A stretch of DNA of 64,000 bases, from the NCBI GenBank assembly GCA_964359785.1, contig CAYHWL010000001.1, positions 2,422 through 66,421 of the forward strand. The letters run 5' to 3'. The notes beneath the pieces were generated by a model. It worked only from the letters and a program-made list of their open reading frames with translations, was not told where the DNA came from and ran no database searches. Below are positions 38,156-48,558 of this stretch, piece by piece. The position numbers and the translations under genes are program-made. The number at the start of each line of letters is the position of its first letter. Position 1 is the first letter of the stretch. This stretch comes from an uncultured Methanosarcinales archaeon (lineage in GTDB: Archaea; Nanobdellota; Nanobdellia; Woesearchaeales; JAGWAF01).

Positions 38156-39679
38156 CTAGATCACCTTGATGTTGCGCAGGAACGCGAGGTCTGTTGAGTA
38201 TAGGTTTCTGATGTCTTTGATTCCCATGTTGAACATGCCGATCCGGTCTATGCCAAGTCCCCATGCGATTACTGGCGCGTCTACTCCCAGTGGTTTGGTG
38301 AGTTCTGGGCGGAATATGCCTGCTCCTCCAAGTTCTATCCATCCTAGTTCTGGATGTTTTGCGAAGAGCTCGCAGCTTGGTTCCGTGAATGGGAAATATC
38401 CTGGTTTGATCCGGATATGGTCTGTCTTGGCGAATTCTTTTGCGAATTCCAACAGCAGTCCTTTTAGGTGTCGGAAGTTCAATCCTTCCTCTACGATGAT
38501 TCCTTCTGTCTGGAAGAAATCAGGCAGATGTGTGGCGTCGATCACGTCATATCTGAAATTCTTTGCGATAGCGAAATATTTTCCAGGGATCTTCAGATCC
38601 TTGCTGGCCAATTTCCGGGCGGAACAAGCGGTGGTCTGCGTCCGCAATAATAGTCTTTTTGTCCGCTCTACATCGAAGTTGTATCGCCATCCCTTGCTTC
38701 CCGTGTCTGCTCCATTCTCATGTGCGGCTTTCACTTTCCGCAATACTGCTTCATCGACTTCTCCATGGGTTGGCTCTTTGATATAATATGCTTGATGGAT
38801 GTCTCGCGCTGAATGGAATTGCGGCATGTATAGCGCATCCATGTCCCAGAAATCTGTTTCCACAAGTGGTCCGCCTATCTCCGCGAAGCCCATGGATACG
38901 AATCTTTTGCGGACTTCATCCAGGAATGCCCTGTAATGATGTTTCCTTCCGATGTGGAAGGGTTTGCTTGGTATTTTCACGTCGTAGCTGCGGAAGGCTT
39001 TGCCTTTCCATGAACCTTGGGCTAGCATCTCTGGTGTGAGGGTGTCGATCACGTCCCCTACTTTGATCCCGCTTTCTATTGCTTGCTTGCCAAGGCCGCT
39101 TAATTGGAATGAGATCGTCTTTACTATCTTGGTCTTGATCATCTGTTTGCGCTTGCGTAACATCTCATAAGCATGTTTTTCTTGGGGCTCAAGGCTGGCT
39201 AGATCGATCTCTTTTGATTTGCTTAATTTTTTCAGGAATGCGTCTTCGAGCCTCTCTTTGGATAATGCGTCACGTCCTTGATTTGTGAGTTCGATCCTTT
39301 TGTCAGGTAAGAAGTTTATCAGCACAGCTCCTCGGAGTACGCCAAGTCCTGCTTGTATCTCTTGGACATCCATCCCAGTGGATTTCGCCACATCCGCTAT
39401 GCTTTTTGCCTTGTCAGCAAGCGCCTGGATTATCACGCGTTCAGGAAGGCCTCGATTGGCGTATTTCTCTCCATTGACATCCAAAAGGACAAACTCCGCA
39501 AGGTCTGTCTTGGTGCAGATGATCCCCTTTGCTTCTAGCCACTGGATGGCGCGGTAGCATTCGGCTTCCTGCATTCCGCTTGCGTCAATTATCTGTGTTA
39601 GTGTATGTTTGGTGGACAGCAGCGGAAATATCGCTCTCTCTAGAGGATGAAGGCTCGATACTAGCTCCTTTATGTCCAT
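38156..39679 (-). CDS. pheS: phenylalanyl-tRNA synthetase alpha subunit
   Basis: LLRTQTT, FRYDVIDATHLPDFFQ, YFPFTEPS, GIFRPE, WGLGIDR. Confidence 0.97.
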   Translation of the reverse strand: MDIKELVSSLHPLERAIFPLLSTKHTLTQIIDASGMQEAECYRAIQWLEAKGIICTKTDLAEFVLLDVNGEKYANRGLPERVIIQALADKAKSIADVAKSTGMDVQEIQAGLGVLRGAVLINFLPDKRIELTNQGRDALSKERLEDAFLKKLSKSKEIDLASLEPQEKHAYEMLRKRKQMIKTKIVKTISFQLSGLGKQAIESGIKVGDVIDTLTPEMLAQGSWKGKAFRSYDVKIPSKPFHIGRKHHYRAFLDEVRKRFVSMGFAEIGGPLVETDFWDMDALYMPQFHSARDIHQAYYIKEPTHGEVDEAVLRKVKAAHENGADTGSKGWRYNFDVERTKRLLLRTQTTACSARKLASKDLKIPGKYFAIAKNFRYDVIDATHLPDFFQTEGIIVEEGLNFRHLKGLLLEFAKEFAKTDHIRIKPGYFPFTEPSCELFAKHPELGWIELGGAGIFRPELTKPLGVDAPVIAWGLGIDRIGMFNMGIKDIRNLYSTDLAFLRNIKVI

Positions 39680-39800
39680 AATGACTCCCAAGAGATGGTG
39701 TCCTTAAAAATCTTTAGAAAAAAAGTAACCATTCAGTGTTCTGATACTGTTCGTCGATAATTGATTTATATTCTGTAGTGGCGATATCTTTATATCCTAG

Positions 39801-39821
39801 TGTAGTTACATTGTAACTACA
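39801..39821. promoter_or_regulatory. perfect palindrome (putative operator) between TATA box and first IS start codon
   Basis: TGTAGTTACA-T-TGTAACTACA; TTTATA at about 39789. Confidence 0.65.
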
Positions 39822-39959
39822 ATGAAATCGTTGATCGAAATGAAAATGAATGGATTTGAGGCCATTGAGAAAATCGCTCAAGCTGGCGGAAATAGTGCTC
39901 GGGTCTATGTGCCTAAGCATTGGCAAGGGAAAAAAGTCAAAGTGGTGTTGATAGAATGA
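39822..39959 (+). CDS. DUF2080-like transposase-associated small protein (not in ORF track)
   Basis: MKSLIEMKMNGFEAIEKIAQAGGNSARVYVPKHWQGKKVKVVLIE; ATGA overlap with the transposase. Confidence 0.8.
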   Translation: MKSLIEMKMNGFEAIEKIAQAGGNSARVYVPKHWQGKKVKVVLIE

Positions 39960-41311
39960 ACACAACTGAAGAAGGACTTCGCAAAAGGATTCGCGAGTTG
40001 GAGCGTGAGCTCCAACAAACAAAGGAGGAGAAGCAGCGTATTGAGGATGCGAAAAAGAAAATTGAGAAAGAGTTTGAAGAGTTCCGAGCAAAATATGCAT
40101 GTACTGTAGACAATCTGAAGATTGCATTGAAGATTAAGGGCGATGTTTCAAATTCTGCAGAACCTGGTGCAAGAAAAGGGCATGTTGGTCATGGGCGTAA
40201 AGCGCCGGAGCATGTTGACAAGAATGAGGAGATTCGACTTGATAATTGTCCTTATTGTAAGACTCACCTTCGAGGAAAAACTATCAGCACGCGTCATCGT
40301 ATTGTCACGACGATAAAAATCATCAATCCTGCACAAGTCATCCGTTATTTGCTTCATCGCAAGTGGTGTCCGACTTGTGAGAAACTGGTAGAACCCGAAG
40401 TGCCAGGTGTGCTTCCAAATGCGCGATTCAGCCTAAATATCATGCTTTTAGTCATGTATTTGCATCTGGCACTGCGTGTGCCTGGCGCGAAGGTGCGCGA
40501 ATATTTTCAGACTGTGCACAATGTCAATATCAGCACGGGTGAGATCCCGCACATGCTCACGCAACTCGCACGAGAATACGGAGACCATTACGCCAGTTTA
40601 GAAAAACTCGTGCGAGCTGCACGAGTCAAACACACTGATAGTACAAGTTGGCGCATAAGCGGTAAAAACTATGCCGCATGGGTATTTGTCATTCAAGGAG
40701 TCGTGCTCTACAAAATCAGTAAAAGTACAAGTCACAAACTACCACTCAAAGTGCTTGGCAGAATCGGCAAAAACATCACACTTGTCGTAGATAGACACTC
40801 TGCATTCCGCACCCTCGCACAAAAAGCAGGATATCTACTCCAATTATGCTGGTCACACATACTCCAAGACAGCAAGGAACTAGCCAAAAATTTCGGCGCC
40901 GAAGGACGCTACGTCCACCGCCACCTCAAAGAAATCTACGCACAAGCCAAATCCCTAAACCACCAAGCCACACAAGAACAAGTAGACGCACTCAAATGCG
41001 AAATACTCCAACTCACCTACAGACATTACAAAAGCCACGCCATACGCCGATTCGTCGACAATCTCGCATACCGCGACCTAGACAACCTATTCCGATTCAC
41101 AACAGACCCCACAATCGACCCGACCAACAACATAAGCGAAAGAGAACTACGACACTTAGTCATGATACGACGCATCAGCCACGGCAGCAGAAGCCGCCGC
41201 GGCGCCAATGCCATGACCCAACTTCTAAGCATCATTCAAACACTACGACTAAACCAACAAAACCCCCTCGAAGGACTACAAAACATACTCAACCCCCTAT
41301 CAATCAACTGA
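39956..41311 (+). CDS. IS66-family DDE transposase
   Basis: coiled coil, PGARKGH, CPYC/CPTC Zn finger, HTDSTSW, VVDRH, QLCWSH, PTNNISERELR. Confidence 0.93.
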   Translation: MNTTEEGLRKRIRELERELQQTKEEKQRIEDAKKKIEKEFEEFRAKYACTVDNLKIALKIKGDVSNSAEPGARKGHVGHGRKAPEHVDKNEEIRLDNCPYCKTHLRGKTISTRHRIVTTIKIINPAQVIRYLLHRKWCPTCEKLVEPEVPGVLPNARFSLNIMLLVMYLHLALRVPGAKVREYFQTVHNVNISTGEIPHMLTQLAREYGDHYASLEKLVRAARVKHTDSTSWRISGKNYAAWVFVIQGVVLYKISKSTSHKLPLKVLGRIGKNITLVVDRHSAFRTLAQKAGYLLQLCWSHILQDSKELAKNFGAEGRYVHRHLKEIYAQAKSLNHQATQEQVDALKCEILQLTYRHYKSHAIRRFVDNLAYRDLDNLFRFTTDPTIDPTNNISERELRHLVMIRRISHGSRSRRGANAMTQLLSIIQTLRLNQQNPLEGLQNILNPLSIN

Positions 41312-41344
41312 ACGATTACGAAAAAAAGATGATAAAAGAAAAAA

Positions 41345-42151
41345 TTACTTTCCAATTGGTTTCATGCCTTTCCATGCGGTGTCAAAGAGGCTCTCTACCG
41401 CGCTGGCGAAGAATGGCGTGTTGACCCAGACTCCTATGTCATAGATTGGGTGCACGTCCTTGTCATCAAGGACCATGAATACCATCTGTTTGCCATCGAC
41501 TATGGCGAAGCGTGCTCGGCTGTCGGTCTCGCGGATCTCTGCATATGGCGCGATTTCGCTCACAGCCGCCCTGGTGTCTTTGTTGCTAGGTGAGGCGATC
41601 CTGATTTTGACCCCTTTCTTTTTGAGTTTCTCAAACACGGGTTTCAAGGAATCCGCTTTTCGGATGAGTCCTTGGGCAGTCGTCATCAGTGTGACTGATT
41701 TCTCCGCATTTTTGATCGCGAGTTCAAGATGCGCGTAAAGGTTCTGTCTTCCTCGCAGTGATCCTGACAGTTCGGTAGGGTCGATCATCTCGACGCCTTG
41801 ATTGTGCAATGCGCTTAATTCCTCTAAGACATCTGTGCTTTTTAGGTCTTCAAGCCTTCGCACTCGCTCTTCGGCTTCCACTTTGGTGTTTTTCTTGACA
41901 CGTTCAACCACTTCAGTGGGTGCGACTGCGATATACTTGATAGGTTTTCCAAGTTTCATGACGACATATCCACGTTTCTCTAATGATTCAAGGACATCGT
42001 ATGCTCGACTTCTTGGCACGTCGGCCAAGTCAGATAGTTCTCCTGCGGTCGCGACACCACGTGACAGCAACGCGGCCCATATTTTCACTTCGTATAGGTT
42101 CAAATTGAAGAGCCTTCGCAATTTCGATAAGAATTCGTCTTTTACGAGCAT
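41345..42151 (-). CDS. TrmB family transcriptional regulator
   Basis: LNLYEVKIW.ALL...TAGELS..A.VPRSR.YDVLESLE..G; PLD-like C-terminal IVDGK. Confidence 0.9.
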   Translation of the reverse strand: MLVKDEFLSKLRRLFNLNLYEVKIWAALLSRGVATAGELSDLADVPRSRAYDVLESLEKRGYVVMKLGKPIKYIAVAPTEVVERVKKNTKVEAEERVRRLEDLKSTDVLEELSALHNQGVEMIDPTELSGSLRGRQNLYAHLELAIKNAEKSVTLMTTAQGLIRKADSLKPVFEKLKKKGVKIRIASPSNKDTRAAVSEIAPYAEIRETDSRARFAIVDGKQMVFMVLDDKDVHPIYDIGVWVNTPFFASAVESLFDTAWKGMKPIGK

Positions 42152-42374
42152 GTTTTGTTCCCCCCTCTTTTCCGTCGTGACGGTCCGGTATTATTAATAC
42201 GTTTTGTTTTCGCGGTGTTTTTTTACCTTTCTGGAGTTAAACACTGCCAATCCCACTAAAGAGTAATATCAAAATGCACCTATATAAGCGTTGTCATGGA
42301 AAATATTTTATCGTCGATATCTTTCCTGTTTCATTGTAGCTGAGTAACATATTATTGTTTTCCTGGTTGTTTTT

Positions 42375-43406
42375 CTAGTTCAGTTTATACCTTAATATCG
42401 CCCCTATGCCTCCAAGCCCCCAGAGTTTCCTGCCCCCGTCATTGTCTTCCGAGATGATTCGGATATCGCCCTCCATCCGGTCGACATCTTTCATCATCGT
42501 GTCGATCTCGATATATTTCTTGGCGGCTCGCTTCTCTTTTATCAGTCTCTCGCACACAAGCAGGATCTTTACCGCTCCGCTCTCGATAGCGGTTTTTGTC
42601 TGGCGTATCCCATAGGCGTAATTCCCGTCCTTGGATATCTCTTTTAGCAATTCCTCTACGATTCTCAATTCATCAGCGGATTTATGGGCCAAAAGCGCCG
42701 TCTTGGTCTCATCACGTTTAAGTGTTTCATCAATCCCGTTCTTGCCCACGGAGCCTATGGTGGCATAGATTAATCTGGATTTCATCTCTTTGGATAATGC
42801 TTTTGCCAGGTCTTCTTTGAAGAATGCGGGGCTTGCGAGTATGATACGTGTGGGTTTATATCGTTCATCATATTGTTCTAGGACTTTTTTGATCTCTAAG
42901 TAGAAATCTTTGCCAGAGGGATTGTCTTTTTTGATTGGCTCTCCTTCAAGATGAACTAGGATATCGTACCCCGTACGTGTCATCTTGGCGATGAACGCTT
43001 CTTCCCGGTCGTGGACTACGATTAGCACCTGCGCAGGGCCGCCTGCGCATGCTTCATCGACTTTTTCCAATTGATGACGAAGCCACTCCTTGCGTATTGT
43101 GATTTCTTCATGCAGCCGCAATTTGATCGAGTGATGCGACCCTCTGGTCAGTTCTTCGCTGCCTCCGATGATGATTCCAGCGACCCGCAGCTCGTCGCCT
43201 GTGAGTTCGCATTCGTCCGCTTTAATGATCGCGAATACTGGGATCTTGATGGCATCCCCTTCTTCTGTGGCTTTTACTTTGCGTACTGTGCGGGCGGCCA
43301 CGCTATCCCCCTCATCGATTATTGTGGATAGATACCATAAGTCTTCCTTGGAATCGCACGCGAGTGTCATCTCGCCCAGTTTCATGTTTTTCTTGATGAT
43401 TCTCAT
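42375..43406 (-). CDS. pelA: Pelota/Dom34 ribosome rescue factor
   Basis: EDLWYL, RTVRKV, LRVAG, GSHHSI, SPAFFK, AYG, LGGIGAILRY. Confidence 0.93.
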   Translation of the reverse strand: MRIIKKNMKLGEMTLACDSKEDLWYLSTIIDEGDSVAARTVRKVKATEEGDAIKIPVFAIIKADECELTGDELRVAGIIIGGSEELTRGSHHSIKLRLHEEITIRKEWLRHQLEKVDEACAGGPAQVLIVVHDREEAFIAKMTRTGYDILVHLEGEPIKKDNPSGKDFYLEIKKVLEQYDERYKPTRIILASPAFFKEDLAKALSKEMKSRLIYATIGSVGKNGIDETLKRDETKTALLAHKSADELRIVEELLKEISKDGNYAYGIRQTKTAIESGAVKILLVCERLIKEKRAAKKYIEIDTMMKDVDRMEGDIRIISEDNDGGRKLWGLGGIGAILRYKLN

Positions 43407-43491
43407 TGTGTTCCTTCTCGTGCATATATCATCCAAACATTTATATATTCTCCTAAGGAGGATTTGTATCTATATATAGGCGGTGATGGAA

Positions 43492-44664
43492 ATGCGTCGT
43501 GGTCAGTCTGGTAATGAGGCTTGGGTGGTGATAGGGCTAATAACCTTGCTCTTGATTTTCTATATTCTTTTCTTGCCGCCGGCGGAAAGGCAAAAACTTC
43601 TGGATGACTCCACAACCTATGATTCCACTACAGATGGTAGTATTAGCGTCGCGAATAACACTCTTCTAAAAGAGAGGGTTGGCACTCTTGAGGCTCATGA
43701 GCCAATCATCACTCATTCTCTCCCAGCATCAAGGATCTATGAGTCGAAGAAGGCTGTTGTTTTTGATGAACCAAATGCGTTTTATGTGAAGCGAGGATGG
43801 TTTTCGCGTAAAGATAATATTATAGACTTTGGAGTTCCTGACCTTGCCAACAGCGATAATATCATGCTCGCTTATGACACGACTGTGAGGACTGGGATTT
43901 TGACAGTCACACTAAATGAGAAGGTCATCTTTGAAGGCCAGATCCCAAGATCTCCTGCGCCTATCAGGTTGAGGAAGGATCTTCTTCAAAAGGATAATAC
44001 TCTCAGATTCAGTGTCAATAATGTAGGATTCGCGTTCTGGTCATCCAATGAGATTGATTTTACAAATGTCAAGATCATAGGTGATGTCTCTGATGTCACA
44101 AGGCAAAAGGCGCAGAATGTCTTTGCTGTTTCGCCGGTAGAGAAGAACAATGTTGTCACGGCGACCCTGGAATATACTGCCGAATGTGATGAGGCTTCTG
44201 CTGGGCCCTTGTCTATCATGATCAACGACCAAAGGGTTTACCAGGGGGTTCCGGATTGTGGAGGCAAGAACCGTGCGGAGATTAACTCTGCCGCGCTCCA
44301 AGAGGGATCAAATGCGCTTTTCTTCGAGACGACAAAAGGGGATTATTATCTAAGCGGGATGAAGCTAACGACGCTTCTGAAAAAGACCCGGTCTTTCATT
44401 GGGTACTTCGATGTTTCAGATGCGGTCGTCCAACGCGCGAAGGACAACACTGCCCGGGTGATGCTGGAGATTGATTTTGTGGATGACAAGCTTCCCAAAC
44501 GTGCGCAAGTGAACGTGAATGGCCATCTTACTTTCATCGATCAGGTAGAACCGTTCTATGCCAAGAACCTCAACGCGTTTGTCCTGTCTGGTCCAAGGAA
44601 CTATATCGAGGTGATTCCAGAGTCTTCGATTGGTATTCCAGAGCTTCGCGTTGTGGTCAAGTAG
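43492..44664 (+). CDS. class III signal peptide beta-rich surface protein
   Basis: MRRG|QSG...LITLLLIFYILFLPP. Confidence 0.7.
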   Translation: MRRGQSGNEAWVVIGLITLLLIFYILFLPPAERQKLLDDSTTYDSTTDGSISVANNTLLKERVGTLEAHEPIITHSLPASRIYESKKAVVFDEPNAFYVKRGWFSRKDNIIDFGVPDLANSDNIMLAYDTTVRTGILTVTLNEKVIFEGQIPRSPAPIRLRKDLLQKDNTLRFSVNNVGFAFWSSNEIDFTNVKIIGDVSDVTRQKAQNVFAVSPVEKNNVVTATLEYTAECDEASAGPLSIMINDQRVYQGVPDCGGKNRAEINSAALQEGSNALFFETTKGDYYLSGMKLTTLLKKTRSFIGYFDVSDAVVQRAKDNTARVMLEIDFVDDKLPKRAQVNVNGHLTFIDQVEPFYAKNLNAFVLSGPRNYIEVIPESSIGIPELRVVVK

Positions 44665-44675
44665 GTGATGATGAT

Positions 44676-46367
44676 ATGGTAGAAGGTTCAACACTGCCTG
44701 TCACTCCTTCTTCTCAGCCACTGCTGATTTTTTTGTTTGTGACTGCGGCAGTGGTCACTGGAGCGATTTATGGATTCCCTTTTGAGGTCATTCTTGCGCT
44801 CGCAGGCATTGGACTAGCGATCACCCTATTTCTTGGTAACAAAGATTATTTTATTCTAGGGTGCGCTATCCTCCTCCATTTTGTGGATTCGGTATTCGGA
44901 TTCAACCGTACCGTCTACTTCGGCGTCTTTGCGATGTTGTATATCTTGATGGCTATGGCAGCGATTATGGTATTTGTCTTTGGCGCGGACAATCATAAGA
45001 ATTTAGGCAGTCAGGCTGTCGCTTTCTTTGGTATATCAGTGCTTTCATTTGGACTTCCCTATATCAAGGAATTATTGAAAGGGGCTCTAAGCAGGATATT
45101 TCCTAGTTTCTTCACTGTCTACTTTGACGGACTTGTTCTCTTCGCCCCGTTCTGGGTAATCTTTTTGCTTGTTAGAGACCCGGCTTTAAGGCAAGCAGGT
45201 TCACTATACTTGATGTTCTGGATGGTCATGTTCAGCATAAATATAGCTTATGTCTCATCAACGCAAGGTATGGATGTTTTTGGTAGATTGGGTCTATCTG
45301 CTGATGTCATAAACGTGTACACTCCAGCAAGACAGATGTGGGATAATACGCTCAAGTCTTTCAAGTATCTCTGGAGCAGGACTTACTCTATGATCACAGG
45401 CATCCAGGAGCAGGTAGGCTCTGGTTTTGAGGCGCAAATTGATGAGGCGATTAACGGCAAACAGGAGCAGATTAAGAAGTTCGTGGGCCTTGATGTCATG
45501 AATTTCCAGCCTATCGATTCGAGTTTCAAGGAAGGCGAGCCTGTCACAATCGAAGGGCAGATCAAGGCTGGCGCGTTGGATGTGGAGATTCCAGTCAAGT
45601 TCATCTGCGATGCCAAAAAAGAGGACCAGACTAAGTCTACCTCGGCAGATCTGCTGACACCAGACCATATGACAGTCTATGAATCAGACGAACGATTGCT
45701 TGATTGCAAATTCGACTCACTTGAGAAGGGTTCTTATCAGATCAAACTGACGGCGGAATACGATTTTGGCACTAAAGGTGAGGTCTCTCACTATACGATA
45801 AAATCTGACTTGTTCAATGCCCTTTTGGATACCGCAAGAAAACAAGGTGGAGACGCATACAATCTGTTCTATTCACAATATGGACTCTCGCCAAATGGGG
45901 AGTCTCTCTCTTCTCCAGGCCCGGTGACTGTGGCTCTATCAGCTGGAAAGGATGTGTTGGTGATCAATCCTGCATCACCCACGGATATTATTCTGAAGAT
46001 CACCTTGAAGAATTCATGGGAGGGGCTAATAGGTGATGTGAGATCGCTCACGATGGTCATTCCCAAGGGTTTTGGCATCAAAGATGTCGCTGGCAAGGAT
46101 CCAAAAGAGCAAGTCAAGCAGATCCGTTGCGAGGAGATGCCAGGGAACCGTGATGTCTCCGCTGGCTGCGACAATGCAAAACATAATGTTTATGTCATCC
46201 CGATGAAAAAGGAGCCGATCCAGCTCCTTAGAAATATCCGGGCTTATCTTTCTCTAGACGATCCAGATTCGGTTGTGGGTAAGGCTCTCTACAATGTCCA
46301 GACTTTCAAGCTCTTTGCTGATTACACTTACAGGATAGAGAGGCAAGCCGAGGTGAGGGTGCAATGA
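44676..46367 (+). CDS. polytopic membrane protein with extracellular beta-sandwich domain
   Basis: about 7 N-terminal TM helices; C-terminal domain resembles the downstream lipoproteins (..GPV.V, final Y.Y strand). Confidence 0.7.
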   Translation: MVEGSTLPVTPSSQPLLIFLFVTAAVVTGAIYGFPFEVILALAGIGLAITLFLGNKDYFILGCAILLHFVDSVFGFNRTVYFGVFAMLYILMAMAAIMVFVFGADNHKNLGSQAVAFFGISVLSFGLPYIKELLKGALSRIFPSFFTVYFDGLVLFAPFWVIFLLVRDPALRQAGSLYLMFWMVMFSINIAYVSSTQGMDVFGRLGLSADVINVYTPARQMWDNTLKSFKYLWSRTYSMITGIQEQVGSGFEAQIDEAINGKQEQIKKFVGLDVMNFQPIDSSFKEGEPVTIEGQIKAGALDVEIPVKFICDAKKEDQTKSTSADLLTPDHMTVYESDERLLDCKFDSLEKGSYQIKLTAEYDFGTKGEVSHYTIKSDLFNALLDTARKQGGDAYNLFYSQYGLSPNGESLSSPGPVTVALSAGKDVLVINPASPTDIILKITLKNSWEGLIGDVRSLTMVIPKGFGIKDVAGKDPKEQVKQIRCEEMPGNRDVSAGCDNAKHNVYVIPMKKEPIQLLRNIRAYLSLDDPDSVVGKALYNVQTFKLFADYTYRIERQAEVRVQ

Positions 46368-47311
46368 GACCGCATGAGTCACAGGTCATTTTGGCATGCG
46401 CTGTTTCCTTGATTCTAGTCATGGCCTGCGGCAACATCTATAACACTGGCGTAGCGAAGTCTCCCGATATCTACTTAGGGACAGATGGTCTCACTGCCAG
46501 TTTTATCGCGAACACTCCTCCAGGTCAGGTCCTGGAGAATTCAAATTTCGAGATGCTTCTTGATGTTGCCAATCAGGGTGCATATGATATTGACCAGGCA
46601 TTCTTTTCGATTAGCTCAAATCCCGAATACCTGGACATCACGACCACAGAAGGTCAAAGAGTGCTTACGCTTCCTGGCAGGTCAGTTGAGAATCCAAGAG
46701 GGGAAAAATCCCTTCTTAGCCTCAAAGCCCATGCGAATCGTGTTTCAAAGACTAGTGCAGTGAGCACTCCTGTCTCACTGACGTTTTGTTATGCTTATCA
46801 GACTCATGCTACGCCTATAGTCTGCATTGACACCGATCCTGCTAATCAAAAGACGCAGATGAAAGCCTGTTCATTAGATTCCTCTTCCTCGACATCTCTA
46901 GGGGGTGGGCAAGGTGGTCCAATGACAGTCACAAGGGTCGAGACAAGCATGCTTTCTCATGATGATCCAGACCGGCTTATTCCCGATGTGAAGGTATTTA
47001 TCGCAAACCAAGGTAATGGAGACATTATTGATACCAGTCAAGTTGAACAATATTGTGGGGGATCCCCTTCCAAGAACGCGTTTAATATAGTGAATGTGAA
47101 AGTGAAATTACAGGAGGATTTCCTTTTGTGCAATAAGGAGGCGCTCACTTTAAAGACGCAAGATTCTAGCGAGAACTATATTGAATGTCAGTATCCGCAG
47201 GGCATAAACAAGAAGATCCCATCGTATTTGGCTCCGCTCTCTGTCACAATCGATTATGGTTACACGTTTACTGTCACAAAGATGATTTCTATCCAGCCAA
47301 AGAGCCGTTAA
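46364..47311 (+). CDS. lipoprotein-like surface protein, paralog 1
   Basis: LVMAC lipobox-like; G.DGL...F...PP, CY.Y.T, GGP..V, Y.Y. Confidence 0.75.
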   Translation: MRPHESQVILACAVSLILVMACGNIYNTGVAKSPDIYLGTDGLTASFIANTPPGQVLENSNFEMLLDVANQGAYDIDQAFFSISSNPEYLDITTTEGQRVLTLPGRSVENPRGEKSLLSLKAHANRVSKTSAVSTPVSLTFCYAYQTHATPIVCIDTDPANQKTQMKACSLDSSSSTSLGGGQGGPMTVTRVETSMLSHDDPDRLIPDVKVFIANQGNGDIIDTSQVEQYCGGSPSKNAFNIVNVKVKLQEDFLLCNKEALTLKTQDSSENYIECQYPQGINKKIPSYLAPLSVTIDYGYTFTVTKMISIQPKSR

Positions 47312-47360
47312 GCCCATCTGTGTATTACCTAGGAGATACTGACCGGGAGCGCCAGTGAGA

Positions 47361-47516
47361 TTGTCAAAAGTTCGCGCCACCGATGATCACGCTCCAGCGC
47401 TCAACACAGGTGGCATGCTCCTGAGGACCTCAGGGTGCTTACTAAGCGAACTTTTGACTACCGAATGGAACCGGTTGCGAACCACCGGTGAGCACACTGG
47501 TGGAATGACTGTATTC
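47361..47516 (+). repeat. structured intergenic repeat, copy 2
   Basis: matches 27120-27281 with stems preserved. Confidence 0.85.
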
Positions 47517-47571
47517 ACCACAGCCTGATGCATGGCAATATTTATATACTATATCGTCGGGGTTTAAGACC

Positions 47572-48504
47572 ATGAGATGGCTTGCCATGACCCTTGTCCT
47601 TGTCCTCTTGGTAGGATGTGGTGGAACTTCTACAGCTGAAAATCGGGGCAATGCTAATTTCCGCACTGGGACGACAGGTATTCTCATGCAGTTCATGCCT
47701 AATCTTCCTCCAGTGAGACAATATGATGATCAAGAGTTCAACGTGCAGTTGAAAGTCTCCAATCTGGGCGCAAGCAATATCGGCTCGGCGAACGACCGTA
47801 TCTATCTGTCAGGTTTTGACCCAAGCATTATCACAGGTGTCTCAAGTTTTGGCGAGGCCATTCCTAAGTTGGAGGGCAAGACACAGTTCAATGTCCAGGG
47901 CACATATGGTTTTGTGAGCTTCAAGGGTGTGCCAAGATCTTTAGCTTCCAAGAAGATCGATAAATACCCATTTACTCTCATAGCTACAGCATGTTACAAT
48001 TATCAGACTATCGCCCAAGGCACTGTCTGTATTGATCCGGATCCTTTTTCGACCACACTAAAACAGAAGGCTTGCGTCCCGACGACAACGACTATGGGGG
48101 GCTCTCAAGGTGGTCCGATTGCGGTTAGCGGCACGACGGTAGAGCCTTCTCCAGGCCGGACAAGATTTCGCATAGATATCACAAACAGCGGAGGCGGTCT
48201 CGTGTATAAATTTGGGCCTGAATTCTCGCAGAAATGCTCGCCGTATGACCAGAAGGGATTGATGTATAACGAGATTGATGCTATTAGGTTGGACCGTGTC
48301 GAGATAGCGGGAACAAATATCCTGCCCAGCTGTAAACCTCTCGATCAAGGGTTTGTGAGACTATATAGTGGCAGGGGAAGTATCACCTGTGAATATGTCT
48401 CGCAAAGGACTGCGGCCGCTTTCGTGACCCCCCTCCTGGTGGAACTGTCGTATGGCTACCAACAGACTCTTCAGACTAGTGTTGAGATTGATTCCTCCAG
48501 GTAG
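47572..48504 (+). CDS. lipoprotein-like surface protein, paralog 2
   Basis: LLVGC lipobox; CYNYQT..VCIDPDP...KAC...QGGPIAV. Confidence 0.8.
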   Translation: MRWLAMTLVLVLLVGCGGTSTAENRGNANFRTGTTGILMQFMPNLPPVRQYDDQEFNVQLKVSNLGASNIGSANDRIYLSGFDPSIITGVSSFGEAIPKLEGKTQFNVQGTYGFVSFKGVPRSLASKKIDKYPFTLIATACYNYQTIAQGTVCIDPDPFSTTLKQKACVPTTTTMGGSQGGPIAVSGTTVEPSPGRTRFRIDITNSGGGLVYKFGPEFSQKCSPYDQKGLMYNEIDAIRLDRVEIAGTNILPSCKPLDQGFVRLYSGRGSITCEYVSQRTAAAFVTPLLVELSYGYQQTLQTSVEIDSSR

Positions 48505-48558
48505 ACCCTGGCGTTGGCATGAGAAACATTTTTATACGTCGATTTGGCTTGTTCCTGC

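Larger units (their letters stand above)
39725..41319 (+). mobile_element. IS66-family insertion sequence, 1595 bp
   Basis: imperfect TIRs GTAACCATTCAG / GTAATCGTTCAG (reverse complement of right end); 8-bp target duplication GAAAAAAA at 39717-39724 and 41320-41327. Confidence 0.92.

Noticed and set aside
37209..39557. Numerous antisense ORFs over pheST and other housekeeping genes
   Set aside because: Opposite-strand shadows with no motifs, promoters or SD sites
40846..41424. 192-aa Pro/Thr/Gln-rich ORF overlapping the transposase
   Set aside because: By-product of the T-poor composition; it runs through the IS end
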